Positions 1 to 8,998 of a DNA stretch of 57,229 nt are shown here, piece after piece. The stretch is taken from NCBI GenBank assembly GCA_034668045.1, contig JAXDQC010000071.1:1-57229 (forward strand), read 5' to 3'. The stretch's first letter is position 1. Every line of letters begins with the position of its first letter. A model generated the notes under the pieces. The model did no database searches and was not told the origin of the DNA. It saw only the letters and a program-made list of their open reading frames with translations. Position numbers and translations under genes: made by a program. The DNA is from Betaproteobacteria bacterium. Its GTDB lineage: Bacteria; Pseudomonadota; Gammaproteobacteria; Burkholderiales; SG8-39.

Positions 1-93
1 GAGCGAGCCGAGCGTCAGCGTCGCCGCCAGCACCACCTGCGCTAGGCGGCCGGCCGCGGATTTCGGCGGCGCCGCGGCCGATAGTTCCTCCAT
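1..93 (-). CDS. Partial CDS (runs off window), probable TRAP fused permease of the TAXI system
   Basis: ATG at 93 gives MEELSAAAPPKSAAGRLAQVVLAATLTLGSL, a hydrophobic N-terminus directly downstream of the TAXI receptor; product inferred from context. Confidence 0.55.
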   Translation of the reverse strand, partial: MEELSAAAPPKSAAGRLAQVVLAATLTLGSL

Positions 94-99
94 TGAAGG

Positions 100-1044
100 C
101 TAGCGGAGCCCCGTTTCCTTCCAGTACTTCTCGGCTGCCGGGTGATACGCCAGGCGCGGCTGCAGCTTGCCCGACTTGCTCGGATCGTAGGCGTTGAAGT
201 TCGGATGGCCCGCGACGAGATCCGTCTTGTTGCCGTGCACCGCCTTGATGAAGTCGACCACCACCTGGTCGGGCACGTGCGTGCCGACACCGATGATGAA
301 GTCGATGGTCTGCACCTTGGTCGGCTTGTCGACGCCGGCGATGTGCGGTGCCGGGTTGACGGTGGAGAAGTAGTACTCCGGCCGGATCGCCTTCATGCGC
401 TTCTCCGAATCCGGCAGGATCTCCATGTTCAGCACGCGCAGGCCGCCGACCGCGGCGGCGATCTCTTGCACCTTTGGCGCGCCGACGGCGAAGAAGAAGA
501 CGTCGATCCTGCCCGACTTGAAGTCCTCCGAGGCGCGGATCACGTTCACCGTCGGCACCTTCTTCACGTCGTTCATGGTCACGCCACCGGCGGCGAGCAG
601 CGCGTTGAGGTGGGTGATGACGCTGGTCTGCTGCACCCATTCGGACGGGATGTTCTTGCCCTTGAGGTCGGCGATGCTCTGCACCGGCGAATCCTTGCGC
701 ACCCAGAAGGCCATCTGGAAGCCGAACAACGTCAACGCGGCGCGGATGTTGGGCTTGGGATTGCCCTTCCAGACGTTCTCGCCCTTCTGCGCCTCGGCCG
801 GCTCGCCGACGTCGAGGAGCAGGAAGTCCGCCTGCTTCGAGTTGACCGCGTCGATGATGCCGGTGTCGCCGCCGTGGCCGATGACGCGCACCTGCAGCTT
901 CGAGTGGTCCTGCACGACCTTCGCGATCACCGAAGCCTGCGCGTTGAGCAGCGTTCCGGGCTGCAGCGTGGCGAAGCCGACGGTCTGCTGGGCATTCGCG
1001 GCAGCGGCGAACGCGGTGAACAGAACCCCCAGGAATTTCAGCAT
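100..1044 (-). CDS. TAXI-family TRAP transporter solute receptor
   Basis: Signal peptide MLKFLGVLFTAFAAAANA-Q, GGAG SD upstream, motifs VRKDSPVQSIADLKGK and YHPAAEKYWKETG. Start moved from the ORF-track 1461. Confidence 0.85.
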   Translation of the reverse strand: MLKFLGVLFTAFAAAANAQQTVGFATLQPGTLLNAQASVIAKVVQDHSKLQVRVIGHGGDTGIIDAVNSKQADFLLLDVGEPAEAQKGENVWKGNPKPNIRAALTLFGFQMAFWVRKDSPVQSIADLKGKNIPSEWVQQTSVITHLNALLAAGGVTMNDVKKVPTVNVIRASEDFKSGRIDVFFFAVGAPKVQEIAAAVGGLRVLNMEILPDSEKRMKAIRPEYYFSTVNPAPHIAGVDKPTKVQTIDFIIGVGTHVPDQVVVDFIKAVHGNKTDLVAGHPNFNAYDPSKSGKLQPRLAYHPAAEKYWKETGLR

Positions 1045-1069
1045 GTGGTCTCCTCTCTCCTCGGACGAC

Positions 1070-1077
1070 AGTATAGT
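1070..1077. promoter_or_regulatory. Overlapping divergent -10 hexamers (TATAGT on +, TATACT on -)
   Basis: AGTATAGT lies in the 39-bp gap between divergent starts 1044 and 1084. Confidence 0.5.
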
Positions 1078-1083
1078 AACTGC

Positions 1084-1947
1084 ATGCAGCCGAAGGAACG
1101 CGTCCCCTACTCGGCGATCGTCGATCGTCCCCCGCTCAAGCTTCCCGGCGGCGCGCGGGTCGCGGTCTGGACCATCGTCAACGTCGAGGAGTGGTCGATC
1201 GAGCGGGCGATGCCGCGCACGGTCCTTCCTCCCCCTTACGGCCAGCCGCTGCTGCCCGACCTGCCCAACTGGGCGTGGCACGAGTACGGGATGCGCGTCG
1301 GGTTCTGGCGCTTCGTCGAAGCGCTGGAAAAATTCAATATCAAGGCGACGTTTGCCATCAACGGCTCGGTGATCAAGAGCTACCCGCGTGTTGCCGAAGC
1401 GGGCCTCAAGGCCGGCTGGGAATTCATGGGGCACGGCTTCATCCAGCGGCCGATGCACCACGTCGAGAATCAGCGCGCGGCGATCGCCGACACCATCAGG
1501 GAAATAAAATCATTTTGCGGAAAACGGCCGCGAGGCTGGGAGAGCCCCGGGCTCACCGAAACCTTCGAGACCATCGACTACCTCGCCGAAGCCGGCATCG
1601 AGTACGTCGCCGACTGGGTGCTCGACGACCAGCCGGTGAGGATCAAGACCGCGCACGGCCCGATCGTCTCGGTGCCCTACACGGTGGAGATGAACGACAT
1701 CGCCATGATGGCGCTGCAGCACCATCCGTCCGAGGAATGGCTGCGCCGCGGCATCGACCACTTCGACCGCCTCTACATGGAAGGCGAGAAGACGGCGCGG
1801 ATCATGGCGATCAGCGTGCACCCGTACATCACCGGCGCGCCGCACCGCATCGCGTATCTCGAGCGGCTCTACGAATACATCCTGCAACGACCCGGCGTGG
1901 TCATCTGGAAAGGCGAAGAGATCCTTGACTGGTACCTCAAGGTATAA
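1084..1947 (+). CDS. Polysaccharide deacetylase family protein (PuuE/allantoinase-like)
   Basis: LPGGARVAVWTIVNVEEW, WHEYGMRVGFWR, EFMGHG, RPRGWESPG, MAISVHPYITG. Confidence 0.88.
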   Translation: MQPKERVPYSAIVDRPPLKLPGGARVAVWTIVNVEEWSIERAMPRTVLPPPYGQPLLPDLPNWAWHEYGMRVGFWRFVEALEKFNIKATFAINGSVIKSYPRVAEAGLKAGWEFMGHGFIQRPMHHVENQRAAIADTIREIKSFCGKRPRGWESPGLTETFETIDYLAEAGIEYVADWVLDDQPVRIKTAHGPIVSVPYTVEMNDIAMMALQHHPSEEWLRRGIDHFDRLYMEGEKTARIMAISVHPYITGAPHRIAYLERLYEYILQRPGVVIWKGEEILDWYLKV

Positions 1948-3085
1948 GGGCATCTGGGAGAAGGCCGAGGCGCTGCTGCCGGTCCTGCGCGAGCGGGCGC
2001 CGAAGTGCGAGGAGCTGCGCCGCATGCCCGACGAGACGCTGCGCGACTTCCACGACGCGAAGCTGTTCCGCATCCAGCAGCCCAGGCGCGTCGGCGGCGG
2101 CGAGCTCGAGTTCGTCGCCATCGTCCATTTCGGCGCGCTGCTCGCGCGCGCCTGCGCCTCGAGCGCGTGGAACTTCATCAACTTCGCCGCCCACCACCAC
2201 ATGCTCGGCATGTTCCCGCGCGAGGCGCAGGACGAGATCTGGGGAAAATCCCCCGACGCGCTGATTGCCTCGTCGTTCGTCTTCCCCGCCGGCAAGGCGC
2301 GCAAGGTCGAGGACGGCTACGTCATCTCCGGCCGCTGGCCGTTCTCGAGCGGCGTCGACCCGAGCCAGTGGAACATGCTCGCCGGCCTCTCGCGCCTGGA
2401 CGACAACGCGCCGCCCGAGCAGCGCGTCTTCCTGCTCGAGCGCTCGCAATACAAGGTGATCGACACCTGGTTCTCCGGCGGCCTGCGCGGCACGGGCAGC
2501 AACGACGTCGAGGTGAAGGAGCAGTTCGTCCCCGAGCACCGCACGCTCGCGGTCGCCGACACGAAGGGCGGGCCGACCCCGGGCAGCGCGGTCAATCCGT
2601 CGCCGCTCTACCAGATCCCGGTGTTCGCGCTCTTCCCCTACATGCTCTCGGGCGTCGCGCTCGGAATTGCCGAAGGAATGATTGAAGAATTCAGTAAAAA
2701 AACAAATGTGGGACGGATGACGGGGGCTCGAATCGCCGAGATCCAGAGCACCCAGATCCGGCTCAGCGAGGCGACCGCGTATGCGCGTGCTTCGCGGGTC
2801 GTCCAGGAAACCAATTGCGTGGAAGCAGAAAGGACGCTGCCCGACCTGCTGACGAAGGCGCGCTACCGCCTGGAGGGTGCCTATGCCGTCGAGTGGGCGG
2901 TGCGCGCGGTCGATGTGATGTTCGGCCTCTCCGGTGCGGGCGGGCTGTATGAATCCGGCCACCTCGCCCGCGCGTTTCGCGACGCGCATGCGGTGAAGCA
3001 GCATTTTTCCTTCAACACCGACATCGCCGGCACGACTTACGGCCGCGTAGCGCTCGGCCTGCCGAGCGACAACCCGACGCTGTAA
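1925..3085 (+). CDS. Flavin-dependent monooxygenase, acyl-CoA dehydrogenase-like fold (HsaA/C2-type oxygenase component)
   Basis: GYVISGRWPFSSG, DTWFSGGLRGTGSNDV, LARAFRDAHA; TTG start overlapping the upstream gene. Confidence 0.85.
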   Translation: MTGTSRYKGIWEKAEALLPVLRERAPKCEELRRMPDETLRDFHDAKLFRIQQPRRVGGGELEFVAIVHFGALLARACASSAWNFINFAAHHHMLGMFPREAQDEIWGKSPDALIASSFVFPAGKARKVEDGYVISGRWPFSSGVDPSQWNMLAGLSRLDDNAPPEQRVFLLERSQYKVIDTWFSGGLRGTGSNDVEVKEQFVPEHRTLAVADTKGGPTPGSAVNPSPLYQIPVFALFPYMLSGVALGIAEGMIEEFSKKTNVGRMTGARIAEIQSTQIRLSEATAYARASRVVQETNCVEAERTLPDLLTKARYRLEGAYAVEWAVRAVDVMFGLSGAGGLYESGHLARAFRDAHAVKQHFSFNTDIAGTTYGRVALGLPSDNPTL

Positions 3086-3123
3086 CAGAAGAACTACTCG
3101 ACCCTGCATTTGTCGCATAAAGG

Positions 3124-3378
3124 ATGAAGACCATCCTGATTGCATCGCTGCTCGTGGCTTCTCCCCTGGCCTTTGCCCAGCCCGCGAATCCCCCTGCGGA
3201 TCGAGCAGCCAAACCTCCGTCCTGCGACCAGCTCGCGGGCATGGAGAAGGAGGCGTGCCTGAAGCAGGGCGGCACCGTGAAGGCGAACAACGCCGGCAGC
3301 GGCTCGTCGAGCGCACCCCCTGCACCGGCGGTGGGCTCCCACGCCAAAAAGGGCTATACGAAACCCGCCCCGAAGTAG
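3124..3378 (+). CDS. Small secreted hypothetical protein
   Basis: Signal peptide ending AFA-Q, Cys pair CDQLAGMEKEAC, low-complexity tail. Confidence 0.7.
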   Translation: MKTILIASLLVASPLAFAQPANPPADRAAKPPSCDQLAGMEKEACLKQGGTVKANNAGSGSSSAPPAPAVGSHAKKGYTKPAPK

Positions 3379-3403
3379 GCACAGTCGTTGCGTCAGCAAG
3401 GAT

Positions 3404-3667
3404 GTGACCTGGGGGCGTCGCATTCTGCAGGGTGTAGATCCCTTCGCCACGCTCGAAGATGAGGCGGGGCGCACCGAACCTGTGCACCTTCGGGAAGTGA
3501 CGCTGGCGCAGCTGCGCCGCTGGGCCATCGCGGCCATGCTGCTCTTTCTCTCCACAACGTGGGCCCCGTCCTTCTTCGTCCAGGCGCTTGCCGCTTTCGG
3601 CTGCTGCATTGCCGTGGCGATCTGCAGCGTGCTCGGCGCCGTTTATTTCCGGCTCGGGTCCTCGTAA
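3404..3667 (+). CDS. Hypothetical two-TM membrane protein (paralog of 3738-4106)
   Basis: Shares DPFA, LRRW and CIAVAIC..GAVY..LGSS with the next gene. Confidence 0.65.
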   Translation: MTWGRRILQGVDPFATLEDEAGRTEPVHLREVTLAQLRRWAIAAMLLFLSTTWAPSFFVQALAAFGCCIAVAICSVLGAVYFRLGSS

Positions 3668-3737
3668 CAAAAAACAGTCGTTTCGGCGCATTGCCGCGTG
3701 ACGATCAATTCGGAACGCGGTTTGATAATGTGGGCGC

Positions 3738-4106
3738 GTGGAACCCGCGAACGTCGAATCATTGCTCATGCCCCAGGAGCGGGCGCGGCTGCCGCTCGGG
3801 CGCCAGTGCCTGCTGTACCTCGATCCGTTCGCGTTTTTCAAGGACGCTTCCAACGGGCCGAAGCCGGCGCGCGAAAACGCGCTTTCGTATAACCGCGCCA
3901 TGCGCTGGATGCTGGTGGCGTATCTGCGCCGCTGGGTGCTCATCGCGCTGACGCTTTTCCTCTGCATCACGCCGGCCGAGGCGATGGCGGCGCGCGAGGC
4001 CGCCTTCATCATTCCCGCCGCTGCCTCCGCGGTCGGCTTCTGTATTGCAGTCGCTATCTGCGCCGTCATCGGCGCGGTCTATCTCTTGCTCGGGTCTTCC
4101 AGGTAG
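3738..4106 (+). CDS. Hypothetical two-TM membrane protein
   Basis: Two hydrophobic segments, YLDPFAFFKDAS motif, paralogous to the upstream gene. Confidence 0.7.
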   Translation: MEPANVESLLMPQERARLPLGRQCLLYLDPFAFFKDASNGPKPARENALSYNRAMRWMLVAYLRRWVLIALTLFLCITPAEAMAAREAAFIIPAAASAVGFCIAVAICAVIGAVYLLLGSSR

Positions 4107-4128
4107 TACCAACGAAAAGGAGATCCCC

Positions 4129-4557
4129 ATGCGAGTCAGCGAAGCGATGACGCGCGAAGTGCGCGTCGCTACCCCGGATCAGTCGATCCGCGACGTGGCA
4201 AAAATCATGGCCGAGATCGATGCCGGCGCGATGCCGGTGGGCGAGGACGACAAGCTGGTCGGCATGATCACCGACCGGGACATCGCCATCCGCGGCGTGG
4301 CGCTGGGCAAGGGCCCCGACACGCCGGTGCGCGAGGTGATGACCACCGAGCAGGTGCTGTACTGCTACGAGGATGACGAGCTCGACAACATCGCCAAGAA
4401 CATGGGCGACGAGCAGGTGCGGCGCCTGCCGGTGGTCAACAAGGAAAAGCGCCTGGTGGGCATCGTCTCGCTGGGCAACATCGCCCAGCGTGAAGCCAAG
4501 GCAGCCAACAAGGCCGTCAAAGGCGTTACCAAGCCCGGTGGCGCGCATCAGCAATAG
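4129..4557 (+). CDS. CBS domain-containing protein
   Basis: AAGGAG SD; MRVSEAMT, LVGMITDRDI, VRRLPVV, LVGIVSLG. Confidence 0.92.
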   Translation: MRVSEAMTREVRVATPDQSIRDVAKIMAEIDAGAMPVGEDDKLVGMITDRDIAIRGVALGKGPDTPVREVMTTEQVLYCYEDDELDNIAKNMGDEQVRRLPVVNKEKRLVGIVSLGNIAQREAKAANKAVKGVTKPGGAHQQ

Positions 4558-4948
4558 CAAGCGTCTCGCGGTGGCGCTCGCCGTGCTGCTCACGGCCTGC
4601 GCTACTGCCGAAAAGATGAACGAGGCACGGGATTCCTGGCAGGGCGAGAGCTACGAAGAAGTGCTCCGCGCCTGGGGTGCGCCAGCGCGCAGCACGAAAA
4701 CGCCCGACGGGCGGGACTGGCACACCTGGGTAACCGAGGCTTATCCGCAGGGGGGGTCTAGTGTCGGCTTCGGCGTCGGCGGCGGCGTCGGCCGCGGCGG
4801 CGGGGTCGGCATCGGCATCGGCATGCCGATAGGCTCGCCACCCCCTCCCGAGCGCTGCGAGCGAACCCTGATCGTCGTCGATGGCAAGGTTGCCGAGTCG
4901 CACTGGAGCGGCCCGCCCAGCATGTGCGTCGGCTTCAGGAAGAAGTAA
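4538..4948 (+). CDS. Hypothetical lipoprotein with Gly-rich segment
   Basis: Lipobox LLTAC, SWQG..YEEVLRAWGAP, C-terminal Cys pair; start position uncertain. Confidence 0.7.
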   Translation: MARISNSKRLAVALAVLLTACATAEKMNEARDSWQGESYEEVLRAWGAPARSTKTPDGRDWHTWVTEAYPQGGSSVGFGVGGGVGRGGGVGIGIGMPIGSPPPPERCERTLIVVDGKVAESHWSGPPSMCVGFRKK

Positions 4949-4991
4949 CCGCCGCGCTGACGTAGTATTGTTCTCCAAGGGGGGAACAACC

Positions 4992-5642
4992 ATGCTGAAA
5001 ACGCTCGTCACGGCTCTGCTTTGCCTGCCGCTGCTGGTGCACGCCCAGGCGAAGAAGTCCGCCGAGGATGTCTGGAACGACCTGTACGCCAAGCGCGAGG
5101 GCAAGGAGCACCAGTTCAACAAGTTCCTCGCCGAGGCGGTGAAGGGCAGAAAGCCCGGCAAGGCGCTCGACATCGGCATGGGGCAGGGGCGCAACTCGCT
5201 CTTCCTCGCCGCGCTCGGCTGGGAGGTCACCGGCTTCGACATCTCCGAAGTCGGCGTCAAGCAGGCGCAGGCCGAAGCGAAGAAGCGCAACCTGAAAATC
5301 AGCGCGCAGGTCGGCGACGTCGACAAGTTCGATTACGGCAAGGACCGCTGGGACCTGGTGCTCGGCCTCTACATGCATGAGTACCTGACGCGCAACGCCG
5401 GCAAGGTGATGGATTCGCTCAAGCCCGGCGGCCTTCTGGTGGTCGAGGGCATCCATCGCGACGTCAACAAGGACAACCTGCAGGGCGAGAAGTACGGCCA
5501 CCTCAGCAACGAGCTGCCGAAGGTGTTCGGGCGGCTACGCGTGCGGCACTACGAAGACACGACCGCGAAAGCGGATTGGGAGAGAAGCGGCGGCAAGCCG
5601 GTGCCGGTGGTCCGGCTCCTCGCCGTCAAGGAAGGAAAGTAA
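4992..5642 (+). CDS. Class I SAM-dependent methyltransferase (TehB-like) with signal peptide
   Basis: ALDIGMGQGRN, VTGFDIS, LKPGGLLV; N-terminus MLKTLVTALLCLPLLVHA-Q. Confidence 0.85.
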   Translation: MLKTLVTALLCLPLLVHAQAKKSAEDVWNDLYAKREGKEHQFNKFLAEAVKGRKPGKALDIGMGQGRNSLFLAALGWEVTGFDISEVGVKQAQAEAKKRNLKISAQVGDVDKFDYGKDRWDLVLGLYMHEYLTRNAGKVMDSLKPGGLLVVEGIHRDVNKDNLQGEKYGHLSNELPKVFGRLRVRHYEDTTAKADWERSGGKPVPVVRLLAVKEGK

Positions 5643-6150
5643 AGCCCGCCTTCTCGAACTCGCGCGAGAGGCCGCGGCCGACCGCCTCGATCTGCTTCTT
5701 CGCCGCGGCGGTGAAGGCGATATCGGCCATGTCGTGCACGCCGCCCGTGATCAGCACCTGCAGGATGCCTTCCTCCTTGCCGACGTTGCGGAAGGCGCGG
5801 CAGACGCCGGGCGGGAACGAGACGGTGTCGAACAGCTCGAGGATCGCGCTCTCGCCGCCGTCTTCGTTCCACGTGATCTCGAAGCGGCCCTTCAGCACGG
5901 TGAAGGTCTCGTAGGTCTGCACGTGGTTGTGCAGTCCCGGCCCCTGGCCGGGAGGACAGACCGCCAGCGTCATGGTCATGCCGGCGGCGCCGCGGATGGG
6001 CGCGTCCGCGTTGATGGGAGTCTGTTTTTCCAACCCAATGACGGAAAGCAGCTTGCGCGAGTAGATGACGTCGCGCGCTGCCTGAGGAATATCGCTCTGC
6101 TGGATCGGCAGCGGCTGCAAGTCCTTGAATCGGGCGATCCGTTGCTTCAT
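5626..6150 (-). CDS. Cupin domain protein
   Basis: PPGQGPGLHNHVQTYETF and SFPPGVCRAFRN; ATG overlaps the upstream stop. Confidence 0.85.
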   Translation of the reverse strand: MKQRIARFKDLQPLPIQQSDIPQAARDVIYSRKLLSVIGLEKQTPINADAPIRGAAGMTMTLAVCPPGQGPGLHNHVQTYETFTVLKGRFEITWNEDGGESAILELFDTVSFPPGVCRAFRNVGKEEGILQVLITGGVHDMADIAFTAAAKKQIEAVGRGLSREFEKAGFTFLP

Positions 6151-7256
6151 TTGCGCACCCCCAGTTTCCTCAGCAATCCTTCGCGCCGCGTCAGCCACCA
6201 GCCGTACTGCACCGGCCAGCGGGCGAACTCGGGATCGACGCCGAGCGCCTGCGCGGCGTGCACCGGCCAGTTCGGGTCGTAGAGCGCTTCCCGGCCGATC
6301 GCCACCAGGTCGACCTTGCCGGCGACTTCCTCGGCTTGCTGCGGCGTGAGGATCAGTCCGACGGCCATCGTCTTGATGCCGACTTCTTTCCTGATGCGCT
6401 CGGCGAACGGCACCTGGAAGCCCGGCACGCGCGGCAGCAGGGTCTTCGTTGCCGCGGTCGCCGAGCCGGCGATGCCGCCCGAGGAGCAATCGACCACGTC
6501 GACGCCGAGTTTGTGCAGTTCCCTGGCAAACACCAGCGTGTCTTCGAGCTGCCATCCGTTCTCCAGGTCGTCGATCGAGGAGACACGCACCGAAAGCGGC
6601 TTCTTCCACGCCTGCCTGACCGCCTCGACGACCTGCAGCGGGAAGCGCATGCGCTCCTCGAGGCTGCCCTTGTTGGAAAGCGGCGAGAGGAAGGTGTGCA
6701 GCAGATAGCCGTGCGCGGCGTGCAGCTCGATCATCTCGAAGCCCGCCGCGGTCGCGCGGCGAACCGCCTCGCGGTAGGCGGTGATGACGGTCTGCATGTC
6801 GCCCTCGCGCATGGCGCGGGGCGCGATCCACTCGGCGCCGATCGGCTGCTCGGTGGGGGCGACGATGCTCCAGGCCTTGTCGCCGCGCTCGGCGTCCTCC
6901 TGCGTCAGCGGCCCGTTGCCGTACCAGGGGCGCGCCATGCTTGCTTTCCGCCCCGCGTGCGCGAGCTGGATGGCCGGCACGGCGCCCTGGCTTTTTACGA
7001 AAGAACTTATTTTTTGCAGCCCGGGAATGTGGGCGTCATCCCAGATTCCCGTGTCGCCGTGGGTGATGCGGCCGCGCTTCTCCACCGCCGTCGCCTCGAC
7101 GAACACGACGCCGGCGCCGCCCTGCGCGAACTTGCCCAGGTGCACCAGGTGCCAGTCGGTGACGTGGCCGTCCTTCGCCGAGTACTGGCACATGGGCGAG
7201 ACGACAATGCGGTTCCTCAGGGAGACGCCCCTGAGCTGCAGCGGCTCGAACAGCAT
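6147..7256 (-). CDS. NADH:flavin oxidoreductase (old yellow enzyme, YqjM/NamA-like)
   Basis: NRIVVSPMCQYSA, IQLAHAGRKAS, ELHAAHGYLLHTFLSPLSN. Confidence 0.93.
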   Translation of the reverse strand: MLFEPLQLRGVSLRNRIVVSPMCQYSAKDGHVTDWHLVHLGKFAQGGAGVVFVEATAVEKRGRITHGDTGIWDDAHIPGLQKISSFVKSQGAVPAIQLAHAGRKASMARPWYGNGPLTQEDAERGDKAWSIVAPTEQPIGAEWIAPRAMREGDMQTVITAYREAVRRATAAGFEMIELHAAHGYLLHTFLSPLSNKGSLEERMRFPLQVVEAVRQAWKKPLSVRVSSIDDLENGWQLEDTLVFARELHKLGVDVVDCSSGGIAGSATAATKTLLPRVPGFQVPFAERIRKEVGIKTMAVGLILTPQQAEEVAGKVDLVAIGREALYDPNWPVHAAQALGVDPEFARWPVQYGWWLTRREGLLRKLGVRK

Positions 7257-7766
7257 TCAGCTCGTCTCGATCGCCGTTTTCCGGCCGGCCGATTTTTTCA
7301 ACGTCATCGCCGACGCCGAGCCCTTGCCTTTCCAGGCGCTCGGGTCGATGCGCTCGCCGAGGAAGTTCAGCTCGATGGTCACATCGTCCGGATCCTTGAG
7401 GAAGATCTGGAAGAGCGGCGGCTCGGCGTCGGGAAAGCTGCGGTAGTGCATCTCGACCTTGTTCTTCTGGATGCGGGCACGCACGTCTTCGGCGCTCTTG
7501 GCGAGGAAGGCGATGTGGTCGACCTGCCCGGAACCGGCGGTGCCCTTCGGATGCTTCTTCAGCAGGAACTGATCGCGGATCTTGTTGGGCGCTTGCGAGG
7601 CGAGGTGGACGCTGATGTCGCCGTTGGCCTTCAGCCAGTAGCCGGGAAAGCCGAAGTCCGGGCGCTCCTTCGCGACTTCGAAACCGAGGACCCGGCAATA
7701 AAAGTCCTTGGTTCGCTCCAGGTTCTTGGCAACCAGCAGGAAGTGATTCAATGCGGTGATGGGCAT
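7257..7766 (-). CDS. VOC/glyoxalase family protein
   Basis: LNHF, FYCRVLGF, RPDFGFPGYWL, DHIAF, QIFLKDPDDVTIELNF. Confidence 0.88.
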   Translation of the reverse strand: MPITALNHFLLVAKNLERTKDFYCRVLGFEVAKERPDFGFPGYWLKANGDISVHLASQAPNKIRDQFLLKKHPKGTAGSGQVDHIAFLAKSAEDVRARIQKNKVEMHYRSFPDAEPPLFQIFLKDPDDVTIELNFLGERIDPSAWKGKGSASAMTLKKSAGRKTAIETS

Positions 7767-8541
7767 GGGGCTTTCCCTTTCGTTGGGCGTCATTTTACTA
7801 GCGGCCGAGCCGTTCCAGCCCTACGAAGGGCAGCCGGGCAAGGACGTCGTGTGGGTGCCGACGCCGCCGGCCCTGGTGGAGAGGATGCTCGACCTGGCGG
7901 GCGTCACGGCGAAGGACTTCGTCGTCGATCTGGGCTCGGGCGACGGCCGCAACGTGATCGCCGCGGCGAAGCGAGGCGCGCGCGCCCTCGGCGTCGAGTA
8001 CGACGCCGACATGGTTGCCCTGTCGCAGAAGAACGCCGAGGCGGCGGGCGTCGCCGACAAGGCGAAATTCGTGCAGGGCGACATGTTCGAGGCCGATATC
8101 TCGCAGGCGACCGTGCTCGCGCTCTTCCTCCTGCCCGCCAACCTCGACAAGCTGAAGGACAAGTTCCTCGCCCTGCCGGCGGGCACCCGCATCGTCAACA
8201 ACGGCTACAAGATATTCGGCTGGGAAGAAGCCGAGACCGGCCACTCGAACGTCTACTGCATCACCTGGTGCACGGCGTATCTCTACATCGTCCCGGCGCA
8301 GGTCGCCGGCGCCTGGCGCCTGCCGGCGGGCGAGCTGCGCTTCGAGCAGAGCTTCCAGGCGCTGACCGGCACCCTGACGAAGGACGGTCGCACGCTGCCG
8401 GTGCAGGGCAGCGTCAAGGGAGAGCGGGTGTACTTCAGCGTCGGCCTCGATACCTACAGCGGCCGCGTGCGGGGGGACGAGATGAGCGGGGCGGCGAGCG
8501 GCAGCGTCTCCGGCTACTGGAAAGCGGCGAGAGTCCGCTAA
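7765..8541 (+). CDS. Class I SAM-dependent methyltransferase with C-terminal beta domain
   Basis: KDVVWVPTP, VVDLGSGDGR, GVEYD, FVQGDMF; alternative starts at 7756 and 7759. Confidence 0.85.
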   Translation: MGLSLSLGVILLAAEPFQPYEGQPGKDVVWVPTPPALVERMLDLAGVTAKDFVVDLGSGDGRNVIAAAKRGARALGVEYDADMVALSQKNAEAAGVADKAKFVQGDMFEADISQATVLALFLLPANLDKLKDKFLALPAGTRIVNNGYKIFGWEEAETGHSNVYCITWCTAYLYIVPAQVAGAWRLPAGELRFEQSFQALTGTLTKDGRTLPVQGSVKGERVYFSVGLDTYSGRVRGDEMSGAASGSVSGYWKAARVR

Positions 8542-8553
8542 AGTACGGACCGC

Positions 8554-8997
8554 ATGACCGGCCTCACCACTTTCCCCGGCGACATCGCCCACGTCATCCA
8601 GCTGGCGATCGCGCCGGTGTTCCTGCTCACCGCCGTGTGCACGCTGCTGAACGTGCTCACCAACCGCCTCGGCCGCACCGTCGACCGGCGCCGGCTGGTG
8701 GTCGCCCGCCTGCCGGATCTGGACACGGTGATCTGCGCCAGCGCGAACGGCGAGCTCGTCTACCTGGAGCAGCGGGGGAAGCTGATCTATACCGCGATCG
8801 CGCTCGCGGTGCTCGCAGCGCTGCTTATCTGCCTGCTGATCGCGCTCGCCTTCGTCGACGCCTTCGTGCGTTTCGACTTCGCCAAGGCGATCGCGGTCCT
8901 CTTCGTCCTGGCAATGCTGGCGCTGATCGGCAGCCTGGGCGCCTTCCTGCGCGAGATCTTCCTCGGCGTCAACACCGAGCGCTGCCCGATCGTCTAG
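8554..8997 (+). CDS. DUF2721-like membrane protein
   Basis: IQLAIAPVFLL, VLTNRLGRTVDR, FLREI. Confidence 0.8.
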   Translation: MTGLTTFPGDIAHVIQLAIAPVFLLTAVCTLLNVLTNRLGRTVDRRRLVVARLPDLDTVICASANGELVYLEQRGKLIYTAIALAVLAALLICLLIALAFVDAFVRFDFAKAIAVLFVLAMLALIGSLGAFLREIFLGVNTERCPIV

Positions 8998-8998
8998 G

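Noticed and set aside
142-1083. N-terminal extension of the deacetylase ORF (601 aa) and of the TAXI ORF to 1461
   Set aside because: Each extension is the antisense of the divergent neighbour.
4765-4830. GGC/GTC/ATC repeats
   Set aside because: They encode the Gly-rich segment of the lipoprotein.
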